DNA of 55,173 nt, taken from the IMG/VR virus record IMGVR_UViG_3300006165_000006, positions 1 to 55,173 of that record; one strand, 5' to 3'. Shown one piece after another: positions 31,139 to 40,468 of this stretch (its first letter is position 1; every line of letters starts with the position of its first letter). A program made the translations under genes and the position numbers. The DNA comes from a virus. Its lineage: Duplodnaviria; Caudoviricetes. The notes under the pieces were generated by a model. That model was not told where the DNA came from and ran no database searches. It saw only the letters and a list, made by a program, of their open reading frames with translations.

Positions 31139-31710
31139 TAAACTAATTTATATCCTTTGGTTAAAAATGATTGTGCGTTTTTATACTTCACAAATTCCAT
31201 ACCACCTTCAGGTGATTGTAACATAACTCTTTCATTTCTGCCAGGTGTTTTCTTAGCAGTTATTTGAGTTGTGTATCTTCGAGTTGGATGTGTTACATCA
31301 ATACCATCAATTGAATCAATTAATCGTTGTGCTATCACACATTCAAACAAACCAATATCTGCCATAAACTCATCATTGTTTTTCCAAGATGATTTATCTG
31401 CTTTAAATTCAACTAAACCTAAGTTATCAGTTTCAACTGAAAATGATGAGTGTCTTGCGGTCTTTCTGGTCTTATTCTTTACCAAATCTTTTTCATAATA
31501 TACCACCAATTTATCCGAGCGTTCAGTAACTATTGGGTTAACTAATGTCAACTCATCATACTCACCACCAAATCGAAGTGTGATAATTCTTTTATCAATA
31601 CCAACATCGTTACCACTAAAAGTAATACCTTCTAAATTAGATATTGCTTTCTTATATTGGGTTAAATCTTCGTTTGTTACTTCAGTTTTATTTATTGCCT
31701 TTACTATCAT
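31138..31710 (-). CDS. Degenerate peptide deformylase-like protein
   Basis: GITFSGNDVGIDKRI, LVNPIV, YYEKDL, IAQRLIDSIDGI align by eye with the PDF motifs but lack the catalytic Q, C and HExxH. Confidence 0.6.
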   Translation of the reverse strand: MIVKAINKTEVTNEDLTQYKKAISNLEGITFSGNDVGIDKRIITLRFGGEYDELTLVNPIVTERSDKLVVYYEKDLVKNKTRKTARHSSFSVETDNLGLVEFKADKSSWKNNDEFMADIGLFECVIAQRLIDSIDGIDVTHPTRRYTTQITAKKTPGRNERVMLQSPEGGMEFVKYKNAQSFLTKGYKLV

Positions 31711-31864
31711 AATATTCTTTTAATTTTTTATCTAAATACTCCATTGATTCTACACTGCCCACCAATCCATCATACTTAGCATAATAACGTAATACATCTG
31801 GATTAGATTCAATACTTTCTTTTAAATCTTCTATATACGGTAGGTGGGTATGTGTGTAACTCAT
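31688..31864 (-). CDS. Small hypothetical protein (58 aa, MSYTHTHLPYIEDL...)
   Basis: Hand-translated; fills the gap, ATGA overlap with the cupin stop. Confidence 0.6.
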   Translation of the reverse strand: MSYTHTHLPYIEDLKESIESNPDVLRYYAKYDGLVGSVESMEYLDKKLKEYYDSKGNK

Positions 31865-32247
31865 AATAAATCTTCAGGTGTTTCTCTATAAACTCTATAA
31901 CTATCTTCATCAAAGTGTTCAGTAGAAACTTCAAATACAATTGAGTTATCCTCCAATGCAATTAGTTGATGAGGTTGCCCTCTTTCAATTAAAACTGATT
32001 GTCCCTTCTCTAATTGAGTTCCCTTTAGTTTTCCATTCTCAACATCAATGTAATTGAATTGGAATCTACCTTCTTGGATATACCAAGTTTCTTTTTTCTG
32101 AAGATGGTAGTGCATTGAAAATCTATTTCTATCCTTTGTGAAAACCAATAACTTACCACAGTATTCATTATCATTATGAATCCATAGTTCGTATCCCCAT
32201 TTCTTTTCAACTCTCTTAGGAGTTGTAATATCTATATCTATAATCAT
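31861..32247 (-). CDS. Cupin (mannose-6-phosphate isomerase type II-like)
   Basis: VEKKWGYE, SMHYHLQKKETW, GQPHQL, EVST. Confidence 0.85.
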   Translation of the reverse strand: MIIDIDITTPKRVEKKWGYELWIHNDNEYCGKLLVFTKDRNRFSMHYHLQKKETWYIQEGRFQFNYIDVENGKLKGTQLEKGQSVLIERGQPHQLIALEDNSIVFEVSTEHFDEDSYRVYRETPEDLL

Positions 32248-32248
32248 G

Positions 32249-33172
32249 TTACCCTTTTATTAGTTTACTCACTTTTTTGATAAAAGGAAGTATAGCAAGT
32301 TCTTTTGCCTTAGCCTCTACCATCACAGCTACATCCATACCATACAAATTTGGTAATGCGTTGATGTAATCTGAATGAGCTTGTGGTTTAATTTTATCAT
32401 TCTCTTCGTGTAATGCTTTTGATTCTGAATAATGTACTGCTGGCTTGATACCATCAGGCCAAGTACTCATAGCGAGTTTTAGAGCCTCCTCTTCACTCAA
32501 TCCACCAGTATTAAATTTATGATGGTGGTAATCAAATACGATTGGAATACCAATACGTTCATGTATGTACATTAAATCTTTAACTGAATACATTGATACT
32601 TTATCATCATTCTCAACAGTTAATCTACTTTGTACTGATGGTGATAATCTTTTGAAGTTCTTACAAAATCTATCCATTGCAGATATCTTATCACCATATA
32701 CACCATTACAATGTATGTTAAGTTTATTATAAGGGGTTTGGGATAATCCCATTAAATCAAATACCCTACCATGTATTTCTAAATCGGTAATTGTATTTTC
32801 AACTACGTGTTCTCTAGGAGAAACTAATACGTTAAACGGACCGGGATGTGAAGTGATTCTAATTCCATTATCGATAGCGAACTTACCACTTATTTCTAAT
32901 TCAGCTTTGATACTATTGAATTGTGGTAATTCTTCGAATTTGTAATTGGATGCCCATGGAAAGAAATCAGATGATAATCTGAAGAAGTTTATTCCGTTTT
33001 CTTTATTCCACTTTAATATGTGTAATAAATCTTTAGCGTTTTTTAAACCTAACTCTCCGGCATATTCCAATCCTTTTGCTTGGAATGTTTTCTTAATCAT
33101 TGAGCGATTGGTAGTAATCTTCGGAGTGTTTTCCGAAAGGGTCATATTAATACAAGCGTAGCCTAATTCCAT
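32249..33172 (-). CDS. uvsE: UV DNA damage endonuclease
   Basis: LGYACIN, FFRLSS, HPGPF, ENDD, FDYHHH, HYSES, AHSD, EAKAKE. Confidence 0.93.
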   Translation of the reverse strand: MELGYACINMTLSENTPKITTNRSMIKKTFQAKGLEYAGELGLKNAKDLLHILKWNKENGINFFRLSSDFFPWASNYKFEELPQFNSIKAELEISGKFAIDNGIRITSHPGPFNVLVSPREHVVENTITDLEIHGRVFDLMGLSQTPYNKLNIHCNGVYGDKISAMDRFCKNFKRLSPSVQSRLTVENDDKVSMYSVKDLMYIHERIGIPIVFDYHHHKFNTGGLSEEEALKLAMSTWPDGIKPAVHYSESKALHEENDKIKPQAHSDYINALPNLYGMDVAVMVEAKAKELAILPFIKKVSKLIKG

Positions 33173-33191
33173 CGTTTTATTTGTTTATACT

Positions 33192-33223
33192 CAAATATAC
33201 GAAAAATTATTCAATAAACCAAA
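33192..33223 (-). promoter_or_regulatory. Bacteroidota sigma70-type promoter
   Basis: TTTG-N20-TATATTTG, perfect consensus. Confidence 0.75.
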
Positions 33224-33229
33224 TATTAA

Positions 33230-34687
33230 TTAATATGTTTTTGAAGTAAAGTCTGTTGGGTATGAATTATCGGATTGATTCTTCACATAAGTTAACCAAT
33301 AGTTAACTGCATTTTGGTTATTAATCCAATTGCTTCTATCACCCCAATTAAAGTTTGCTCTAGCATAGAATGGTTTTTCATTCATTACATATTGAGCTCT
33401 TTTGGATGATGTTGGGGTTGGTTCATCAATTAAACCATCACCAGTATTATCATATCCATCAATAGTACCATCACCATCAATATCAACACCTCTACGAGAT
33501 GTATCTTTTTTTAGTTTATCTAATGGGTTTACAAATTCTTTATATGAATTAACGGCTTCTACTAATTCTTCGGTTGGCGCTGGTGGATTTTCGTTTGCTT
33601 CGATAATAGTTTCAACATCATCTTTTGATATATCCTCTAAGAACTTATCTCTATCGTTTGATTTGATAGTATAGTATTCGTTTAATTCATCTTCACTTAG
33701 GAAATCTTCTACATCCATATCGGATACCATATCATTCATTACCATATCAAGTGCATGGTCTTCATCCCACTCATCATCTGTATCATCTTCAGATTCATCA
33801 TCATAGATGGCTCCTTGCATAAAAGTATCACTATCATCATTTGGTTCCTCACCATAAAGTTCTCTCTTAGTGATTACTTTCTTTTTATCAGTTTCACCTC
33901 TATCAACTTTAACTGCATTACTAAAAGCAATTACAAGCGCTACTGCTAACGGGTCAAATACAAAGATAATAATTAGTATAAACCAATTGATAATAACATC
34001 CATAGGCTTATCTAATAACCCACTAAGATATTGTAGAGGTCCTAATTCTGATGATACACCTTCATCGGATTCTACATCTAATATTTTTAATTGTATTGTT
34101 TGTAATGAATCGGCTACTACTTCTCTTTTAGCTTGAACATCTTTACGATTTTGTTCTTCAACTCCGATACGTTTTTGTGATAATCTTAATTCGGTTGTGG
34201 ATATGGTATTTCTAAATCCAGTTGTGGATGTGGTGTCTCTTACTTGGATACCAGTTGCTCTAGCGTTAGATAACGTTGATATGTTTTCAGATATTCTACT
34301 TAGTTCAACATCATACCTTGCAACATCATCTGCCCAAAACTTTTCCTTTTGTTGTAAAAATGATAATTGTTTTTCACTTACACTAAATTGATTATATGTG
34401 CTTTGGAATGCTGATGTTAAGAATCCATAGATACCTAATGATGTTATTAGAATTAAAATAAGAACTGCTCCACTTAGGTATATCCTAAATGATTTGTTTA
34501 TCTTATCCCAATAGTTGTATAGATAACCAGCAGTAATTAGTTTAGCTAGTTCTAATGAACTTGCCATTATTATTACAGAGAATGCCGCTCCAGCAAATAG
34601 TTTAGATAAACCACTTACCGAAAAGAATGCAGCATTTAATGCTACAAATAGTGCTGAGACTCCTAATAAAAATGTTCTAAACTTCAT
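33230..34687 (-). CDS. Membrane protein with coiled coil and acidic C-terminal tail
   Basis: Three N-terminal hydrophobic helices, coiled coil, IIIFVFDPLAVALV helix, DIDGDG motif. Confidence 0.75.
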   Translation of the reverse strand: MKFRTFLLGVSALFVALNAAFFSVSGLSKLFAGAAFSVIIMASSLELAKLITAGYLYNYWDKINKSFRIYLSGAVLILILITSLGIYGFLTSAFQSTYNQFSVSEKQLSFLQQKEKFWADDVARYDVELSRISENISTLSNARATGIQVRDTTSTTGFRNTISTTELRLSQKRIGVEEQNRKDVQAKREVVADSLQTIQLKILDVESDEGVSSELGPLQYLSGLLDKPMDVIINWFILIIIFVFDPLAVALVIAFSNAVKVDRGETDKKKVITKRELYGEEPNDDSDTFMQGAIYDDESEDDTDDEWDEDHALDMVMNDMVSDMDVEDFLSEDELNEYYTIKSNDRDKFLEDISKDDVETIIEANENPPAPTEELVEAVNSYKEFVNPLDKLKKDTSRRGVDIDGDGTIDGYDNTGDGLIDEPTPTSSKRAQYVMNEKPFYARANFNWGDRSNWINNQNAVNYWLTYVKNQSDNSYPTDFTSKTY

Positions 34688-34867
34688 CTATGATAACTCC
34701 ACTATGCTTTTTGCCAAATTCAATAGATACTTAATTTCCTTACCTAAAGTAATTGCATCAGATTGATTCGATGGTCGTTTACCTTCCAACATTTCTTGTA
34801 TTTTGATTAATCTACTTTCAATACCCTCAATGTGGTTTAATGCTTTTTCTTTGTATGCTGGTTTCAT
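34688..34867 (-). CDS. Small hypothetical protein (59 aa, MKPAYKEKALNHIEG...)
   Basis: Hand-translated; stop abuts the next ATG; upstream ATATTTAT motif. Confidence 0.65.
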   Translation of the reverse strand: MKPAYKEKALNHIEGIESRLIKIQEMLEGKRPSNQSDAITLGKEIKYLLNLAKSIVELS

Positions 34868-34910
34868 AAAACTTATTATTTTTGTTTGTATATATAAATA
34901 TAACGAAACG

Positions 34911-34936
34911 AAAAAGGGAGATTTTTATATCTCCCT
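34911..34936 (-). terminator. Rho-independent terminator after Hsp20
   Basis: AGGGAGAT/ATCTCCCT stem with U-tract. Confidence 0.75.
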
Positions 34937-34959
34937 ATGCTTCGCTCAAGTAACCTAAA

Positions 34960-35325
34960 TTAAAATTTAATTTTAATTTTCTTTGATTTCATCTCTTCCT
35001 TTTTTTCTAAGATTAAAGTTAAAATTCCGTTATCAATAATTGCATCAGTAGTGGTACCATCATACTCTCTACCAATAGTAAATGTAAGATTAATATCACT
35101 TACAAATGGGTTGCGTGATTTACCTTTAGCTGCTTTGATTGTGAGTTCACCTTCAGTCACCTCAACTTCAACATTTTTAGGACTGTGACCAACTATATTT
35201 ACAATTAGTTTGATGTTATCTTCATCCGTTCTATCAATGTAATGATTACCATTGCTTGGCGTTGGCATGTGAAATGGTCGTTTATTTGCTATTTCATCAA
35301 TTAAGTTATTCAAAATGTAATTCAT
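34960..35325 (-). CDS. Small heat shock protein (Hsp20/alpha-crystallin)
   Basis: VGHSPKNVEVEVTEGELTIKA...DAIIDNGILTLIL...KKIKI. Confidence 0.85.
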   Translation of the reverse strand: MNYILNNLIDEIANKRPFHMPTPSNGNHYIDRTDEDNIKLIVNIVGHSPKNVEVEVTEGELTIKAAKGKSRNPFVSDINLTFTIGREYDGTTTDAIIDNGILTLILEKKEEMKSKKIKIKF

Positions 35326-35409
35326 AATGTTTTTTTGTTTTAAAATTATATGATTTGTATATTACCAAATCTATACCATTAAAATTAATATGACTTTTTT
35401 TCCGATTTA

Positions 35410-36096
35410 TTAAAAGTTTTCGGAAATATTGTCATACATTCCAGTTGCTTTACGATATTCTGAATTCTCTATTCTAGTACTCATATGGTCAGCCCAATGT
35501 AAGATATGTGGTAAATCAGTTTTTAATTGGAAATCTTCATTGTATCCCATCCAATATTTCTTAGTAGCTTCATTATATAACCCATCTGCTAAATGGATAC
35601 CCAATTGTTCTTTTTGTGTATATGTAATTCCATATTGATTTAATAACCAAAATGCTCTATCGGTTACATCAAAGTATTGTAACTTTGGATTATGAGTAAA
35701 TATCTCTTTTTTATTCTTCTGATGCCACTCTGATGTTTGTGGTAAGTAATATGGTTCTTTACCATCTCCCAACTTTCCTAAATCATGATGGAACGCTGCG
35801 AATAGTAATTCCTCATCGGTGAAGTTAATATGACCACCACCACTCTCAAACATCTTTTTAATTTTGTAAGCGTTTGTAGCAACATTCATTACGTGGTCTA
35901 TATAACCACCCGGATATGCCGAGTGAAAGTTTAGTTTACCACTTGCTGGTGCCATTACTAATTCATTTCCTAATTCGTCTGGAGAGTACATATGTAATAG
36001 TTTCTCTAATCGCTCTCCACTAAATACCTTTGTGATAGCTGCTATAAATCTATTGTAGTTATCTTCTAATTGTGTTTCGTTATAATTTCTAATCAT
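35410..36096 (-). CDS. HD-domain phosphohydrolase
   Basis: APAS..FHSAYPGGYIDH, HHDLGK, ILHWAD. Confidence 0.85.
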   Translation of the reverse strand: MIRNYNETQLEDNYNRFIAAITKVFSGERLEKLLHMYSPDELGNELVMAPASGKLNFHSAYPGGYIDHVMNVATNAYKIKKMFESGGGHINFTDEELLFAAFHHDLGKLGDGKEPYYLPQTSEWHQKNKKEIFTHNPKLQYFDVTDRAFWLLNQYGITYTQKEQLGIHLADGLYNEATKKYWMGYNEDFQLKTDLPHILHWADHMSTRIENSEYRKATGMYDNISENF

Positions 36097-36467
36097 TCTT
36101 CTATATATTTTGATGTTAATGCTCTATATAATATTTCAAGTTCTTCTTCAGTTGCACAAAACCCTAATCCTTGTGTATCTAACATTTCAATAAAGAATTG
36201 ATTAGGCTTCAATCCCAATGCTTCCAATTCTTCTACTTCATCAGTTGCGTTTGTAACTAACATAGGTGCGTATTTAGCTAGAGTACCTTTTGGTAATGGT
36301 AATGTATAAAAGAAAGGTCCTTCATCATCATCATCAGCTTCATCATCCATATTTTCATATACATCATCAACTGAATTGAAATCTTCAGCTAAGTACTTTT
36401 TCCAACCCTGTCTTATAAATGTTTCTTCGGTTATTGGTGTTGCTCGTAATTTAGCAGTTCTAATCAT
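36093..36467 (-). CDS. Hypothetical acidic protein
   Basis: 124 aa; ATGA overlaps. Confidence 0.7.
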   Translation of the reverse strand: MIRTAKLRATPITEETFIRQGWKKYLAEDFNSVDDVYENMDDEADDDDEGPFFYTLPLPKGTLAKYAPMLVTNATDEVEELEALGLKPNQFFIEMLDTQGLGFCATEEELEILYRALTSKYIEE

Positions 36468-37027
36468 TCTAATATAATTCTAATAGTTTTTTGTAAATCC
36501 TCAAATCTAGCTTTTACAATAAGTGTATCACCTATCATATTATCTATTGGTGCTATAACTGTATTTATTTCACCTTCGGTTCCACTATAAGAAAACTCAT
36601 TAATAGTTGGTACATCAATACCATTGAATCCAGTTACATATGAAGTATCAATAATAACCCAATTACCCAATGCGTTTATTGTTCTTCTAACAATCACATA
36701 TGCTGTATCATTCAAAGTCCAATTGTGTGATGATTCCCATTCTACTAATTGTGGATATGGCTCTTCGCCATTATTTAAAAGTTTACCAGTTATCCTATGG
36801 ATAGTCTGAATGGAGTTTTGTGTAGAATTTAATTCTAACTTATATAACCCATCAGTAGTAGTATCTAATCTACCATCTAATTCCAATGTGTAATTATCAG
36901 GTATAGTAATATCATCTTCTTTTGTACAACTTACCAATATTGATAGTAAAAATAAAACACCAATTATAGCAACTACATATCCCAATGAATTTAATGCGAA
37001 CTTTTCGGTTTGTTCTTTACGATTCAT
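36464..37027 (-). CDS. Putative lipoprotein (probable start MNRKEQ)
   Basis: Hydrophobic stretch ending LVSC followed by TKEDD, a Bacteroidota-type acidic export signal. Confidence 0.6.
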   Translation of the reverse strand: MNRKEQTEKFALNSLGYVVAIIGVLFLLSILVSCTKEDDITIPDNYTLELDGRLDTTTDGLYKLELNSTQNSIQTIHRITGKLLNNGEEPYPQLVEWESSHNWTLNDTAYVIVRRTINALGNWVIIDTSYVTGFNGIDVPTINEFSYSGTEGEINTVIAPIDNMIGDTLIVKARFEDLQKTIRIILE

Positions 37028-37506
37028 TATAATAGTTTTTGTAAAATTGATTCCCAAGTTGGATACTCATTTGGAGTTCCATCACCTTCCCAATCTAATC
37101 CATATTGAAGTAGTTCACCTTTGAACTCACCTGCTCCGTTTTTCTTTCTATCATCAATAAGGTAATCACCCATCAACATATTCTTTTGATGAGTAGTAAC
37201 TATTCTTTTGTGAAACAACTCACCGAAGTGGTTTTCAATCCAATATCTTTTATCAGTTAATGATTCGGGATTTCCCCAAGGTGCTGAAGTAGCAATATAT
37301 AATTCGTACTTACCACTCTCAGCCAATTTCTTTACAGCTTCGATTGCTCCTTTTATTGGAGGTGGGTTTCTGAATATACCAGCGATGTGGTCGGGATTTT
37401 CTTTGTATCTCTCATACAAATGGGGATGGTCTTTAAACCATTTATTGATATTAGAAGTTAAATCAACTAACACACCATCCATATCAATGTAAACTATTTT
37501 TTTCAT
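37027..37506 (-). CDS. 5'(3')-deoxyribonucleotidase (HAD family)
   Basis: YIDMDGVLVD, ATSAPW, K..W, GDYLIDD. Confidence 0.9.
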   Translation of the reverse strand: MKKIVYIDMDGVLVDLTSNINKWFKDHPHLYERYKENPDHIAGIFRNPPPIKGAIEAVKKLAESGKYELYIATSAPWGNPESLTDKRYWIENHFGELFHKRIVTTHQKNMLMGDYLIDDRKKNGAGEFKGELLQYGLDWEGDGTPNEYPTWESILQKLL

Positions 37507-37552
37507 ATTTTAATTATTTTAAGGGTTTAACTTTCTCACTCATATTACTTGT

Positions 37553-37584
37553 CTAATATACAAAATATATTTGTAACTACCAAA
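37553..37584 (-). promoter_or_regulatory. Bacteroidota sigma70-type promoter
   Basis: TTTG-N20-TATATTAG. Confidence 0.7.
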
Positions 37585-37595
37585 TGTTTTATCAA

Positions 37596-37823
37596 TTATT
37601 TTAACCATAAATTGTAAACATAATCATAGCTTGATTGAAGTTCTTCGGATAGTTTTGTAAATAATCGTTCTCTAACTAAGCTATCCCAAACATTAAGATA
37701 ACGATAGATATCACCACTTTGAAACAATTCGTTTAATAAGCCTGAGAAAGTTACATTCTCATTAAGTTCAATTCCCAACTCATCGGTTGGATAATTATTT
37801 AAATAAAATTCTTTAATTGTCAT
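37596..37823 (-). CDS. Hypothetical protein
   Basis: 75 aa ORF. Confidence 0.7.
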   Translation of the reverse strand: MTIKEFYLNNYPTDELGIELNENVTFSGLLNELFQSGDIYRYLNVWDSLVRERLFTKLSEELQSSYDYVYNLWLK

Positions 37824-37845
37824 TGTTTTTGGGTTAAAGGGTTAA

Positions 37846-38157
37846 TTATTTTAAGTAATCGGGTCCGTAGAAACCCCAACTATCAGTACCATCAAAGATG
37901 TTACCTCTACTATGTTTGGCTGGTGTTCTCCATCCAGCTGGTTTAAGTAAATCACCTTTTTTAATTGGTGAGTTTTTTAATTCACCATCAACCATAGATA
38001 TAAATCCCCATACAGCGGTATCTTCTATTAATTTGATGTATTTGTTACCTTTCTCAGCAGTAAGAGGTGAGTACTCTTTGTATCCGAATTTACCATCCCA
38101 ATACTCTTTTCTTTCTTCATTAACTTTTTCAAGCCACAAGTCAAATTTACTTTTCAT
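37846..38157 (-). CDS. Hypothetical phage protein (probable start MKSKFDLW)
   Basis: GNKYIKL...GDLLKPAGWRTPAKHSRGNIF; ATG at 38157 has an AT-rich leader. Confidence 0.7.
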   Translation of the reverse strand: MKSKFDLWLEKVNEERKEYWDGKFGYKEYSPLTAEKGNKYIKLIEDTAVWGFISMVDGELKNSPIKKGDLLKPAGWRTPAKHSRGNIFDGTDSWGFYGPDYLK

Positions 38158-38216
38158 ATTTATTGTTTTTAAAAGGGTTAACATAGTGGTGAGAACTCCC
38201 CCACTCAACTACACCC

Positions 38217-38248
38217 CTAATATACGAAATCAATATGACATACACAAG
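38217..38248 (-). promoter_or_regulatory. Bacteroidota sigma70-type promoter
   Basis: CTTG-N20-TATATTAG. Confidence 0.7.
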
Positions 38249-38267
38249 CTTTATTTGCTTTATTTTC

Positions 38268-38310
38268 AAAAAAAAATCCCCACTAATGAAATTAATCAAA
38301 AGTAGGGATT
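38268..38310 (-). terminator. Rho-independent terminator after phoH
   Basis: AATCCCTACT/AGTGGGGATT stem, long U-tract. Confidence 0.7.
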
Positions 38311-38344
38311 ACACCTCTAAGGTAGCAACCGTCAAGGAAATCTT

Positions 38345-39007
38345 CTAGCTATATTCGTATAGCATTTTTAATACTTCGTTTAAAGCTTCATGTCTATGAT
38401 TATCTTGTAATGCAATTGAGTGTACGTGCTTAGAATCTTTTATCTTTGGTACATCATGTATCGCTGAATCATTGGTAAACTTTAAATCAATTTGTTGTGG
38501 GTCTCCAGTTAAAATCATTGTAGAGTCTTTACCCAATCTACCCAATACCATACCTAATTGTGGTTTGGTTAAGTTTTGGAATTCATCTACAATCACTACT
38601 GCGTTTTCAAAGGTTCTACCTCTAAAGTGAGCTAGCGATACTAATTCAATAGTATCATCCTTTTCCATCTTTTCTAAGATTGGTGGTTTATTATAAACCT
38701 TTCTCATATTAGAACGAATTGGAACTAGCCAAGGTTCCATCTTCTCTTCCAATGAGCCCGGTAAGAATCCGTTATCTTCAGTTGAAACTGATGGTCTTGT
38801 TATAACTATTTTATTTACCTTTCTGGTAAAGTACATATCCAATGCAACTTGTACTGCTAATAACGTTTTACCACTACCAGCTTTTCCTAATACAAAGTTA
38901 TAGGGATGTGATAGTATATTTGATTTAGCTTCTTTTTGTTCATCGGATAATGTAATATTGAATTTTACCTTGCCCTTTGGGGCAGCTTTTGTAATATTAT
39001 CAGCCAT
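38345..39007 (-). CDS. phoH: PhoH family ATPase
   Basis: GKAGSGKT, ITRP, GFLPG, RGRTF, DEFQN, GDPQQID. Confidence 0.93.
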   Translation of the reverse strand: MADNITKAAPKGKVKFNITLSDEQKEAKSNILSHPYNFVLGKAGSGKTLLAVQVALDMYFTRKVNKIVITRPSVSTEDNGFLPGSLEEKMEPWLVPIRSNMRKVYNKPPILEKMEKDDTIELVSLAHFRGRTFENAVVIVDEFQNLTKPQLGMVLGRLGKDSTMILTGDPQQIDLKFTNDSAIHDVPKIKDSKHVHSIALQDNHRHEALNEVLKMLYEYS

Positions 39008-39015
39008 TTATTTTT

Positions 39016-39366
39016 TTAAATTAAAGTTGAAATCTTATTTACTTTTCTTTTTTTCTTTCTTAATAATGATTTTTCAAATCTAACGATATCGGCACATACT
39101 TCATATCGTTCTAATACTTCACATAAGTTGAGAAGTTTCTTTAAAGCTAATTTATAATCTGATTTTTCTAAGACTGATACAGCATCTACATCTGCAAATT
39201 CTATTAGTATTACCGATTGGAGTTTCATCTTTTGTGCGGTTTTTATTGTTTCCAATATTCCGTTAAGATACCCATCACCACTTTTGTATATGTAACGTGT
39301 TATAGTTTCATTAGTGGGAGATATATACTTTCTCCAGTCAACATTTAATAATGGTCTTTTACTCAA
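39016..39366 (-). CDS. Hypothetical protein (TTG start uncertain)
   Basis: 116 aa; ERYEVCA resembles a UVR-like motif. Confidence 0.6.
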   Translation of the reverse strand: MSKRPLLNVDWRKYISPTNETITRYIYKSGDGYLNGILETIKTAQKMKLQSVILIEFADVDAVSVLEKSDYKLALKKLLNLCEVLERYEVCADIVRFEKSLLRKKKRKVNKISTLI

Positions 39367-39425
39367 AGTATAAAATGTTTAATCGTTATTATCTATAAGT
39401 ATTGTGTTGGTGTATTAATTGGTTA

Positions 39426-40442
39426 CTAACTTGATTCACCCCCGCCACCTTGTTCTCCACTACCTTGATTACCACTACCAATGTTTCCAGAACCATATCG
39501 TACATCAAATGGTTGCCAAATATTAAACTCTACACTCCATACCCATACTTGACTATCATGCATAACTTCTTCAGCATCTTCGGTACCAGCTCTTCCAATT
39601 GGTGGAAATGAAGTATTGTCTGGAACGTTTGTGGTATCAGTTGGTGGTTCATCTTCAGCTGGTGGTTCGGGTACTGAACCATTCCATTCCCCTAATTCAT
39701 TTGCTGGTATTAATCGTTCATCGTAGTTTGGATTTGGTTTTGTAACTACCCAAGTTATATATTTAATTAATTCATTTAAATCATAGCTTGGTTCAGCTAC
39801 TAATATACCACCTTCACCAACTTGATAATTTGAGTATGTATATAAGTTTCTTGTTACTTCAATCTGACCATTAGTTTCATTTCTATTTAAATTGATACTT
39901 AATTCAGCCTCCCTCATTAGATTTGTTAAATCATTAAGTGGAGCTATATCGATTACAACCAACTTACGTTGGTTTATTAAATGGTTTACTGGTATTGGTT
40001 CCTTTCTACCATACTTTGCAATTAACTCAATCATTACGTTTTTGTTTGCAAATAATTGAGGTACTTCATCACCATTTTTTAATGAAAGGATAAAATTAAA
40101 GTTTGCTATATTGGTATGGAGTGAAACTACATTTGATAAATCATATCTAGGTATATCAATTCGGTTTTGTGGATACTCGCCAAATAATGAAATGTAGCCA
40201 ATCTCACTAAAATTTCCAACTCTAGATGTGTTTGATTCATCTTCCTCACCACCAGTTGTTCTATTATTAATATCAGATTCCATTGAACCTGCATTGGTAG
40301 GTATTGTGGTTGTATTAGCCTCAACATCAGTATCGTTAGTTTCTATGGGTGTAATATTATTAACTGGATTGGCACCAGATGTAGTATCGTTTATACGATT
40401 ACGAAATCTACTAAAAAATCCACCTCCTGATATTCCTGCCAT
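39426..40442 (-). CDS. Hypothetical protein with disordered termini
   Basis: 338 aa; upstream ATATTTAT motif. Confidence 0.7.
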   Translation of the reverse strand: MAGISGGGFFSRFRNRINDTTSGANPVNNITPIETNDTDVEANTTTIPTNAGSMESDINNRTTGGEEDESNTSRVGNFSEIGYISLFGEYPQNRIDIPRYDLSNVVSLHTNIANFNFILSLKNGDEVPQLFANKNVMIELIAKYGRKEPIPVNHLINQRKLVVIDIAPLNDLTNLMREAELSINLNRNETNGQIEVTRNLYTYSNYQVGEGGILVAEPSYDLNELIKYITWVVTKPNPNYDERLIPANELGEWNGSVPEPPAEDEPPTDTTNVPDNTSFPPIGRAGTEDAEEVMHDSQVWVWSVEFNIWQPFDVRYGSGNIGSGNQGSGEQGGGGESS

Positions 40443-40468
40443 TATACTACCTTTCTATATAAATATTA

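Noticed and set aside
38311-38344. Small GGT-TGCT-ACC hairpin after phoH as a riboswitch
   Set aside because: Too short, lies in a 3' position before a terminator, and matches no aptamer I recognise
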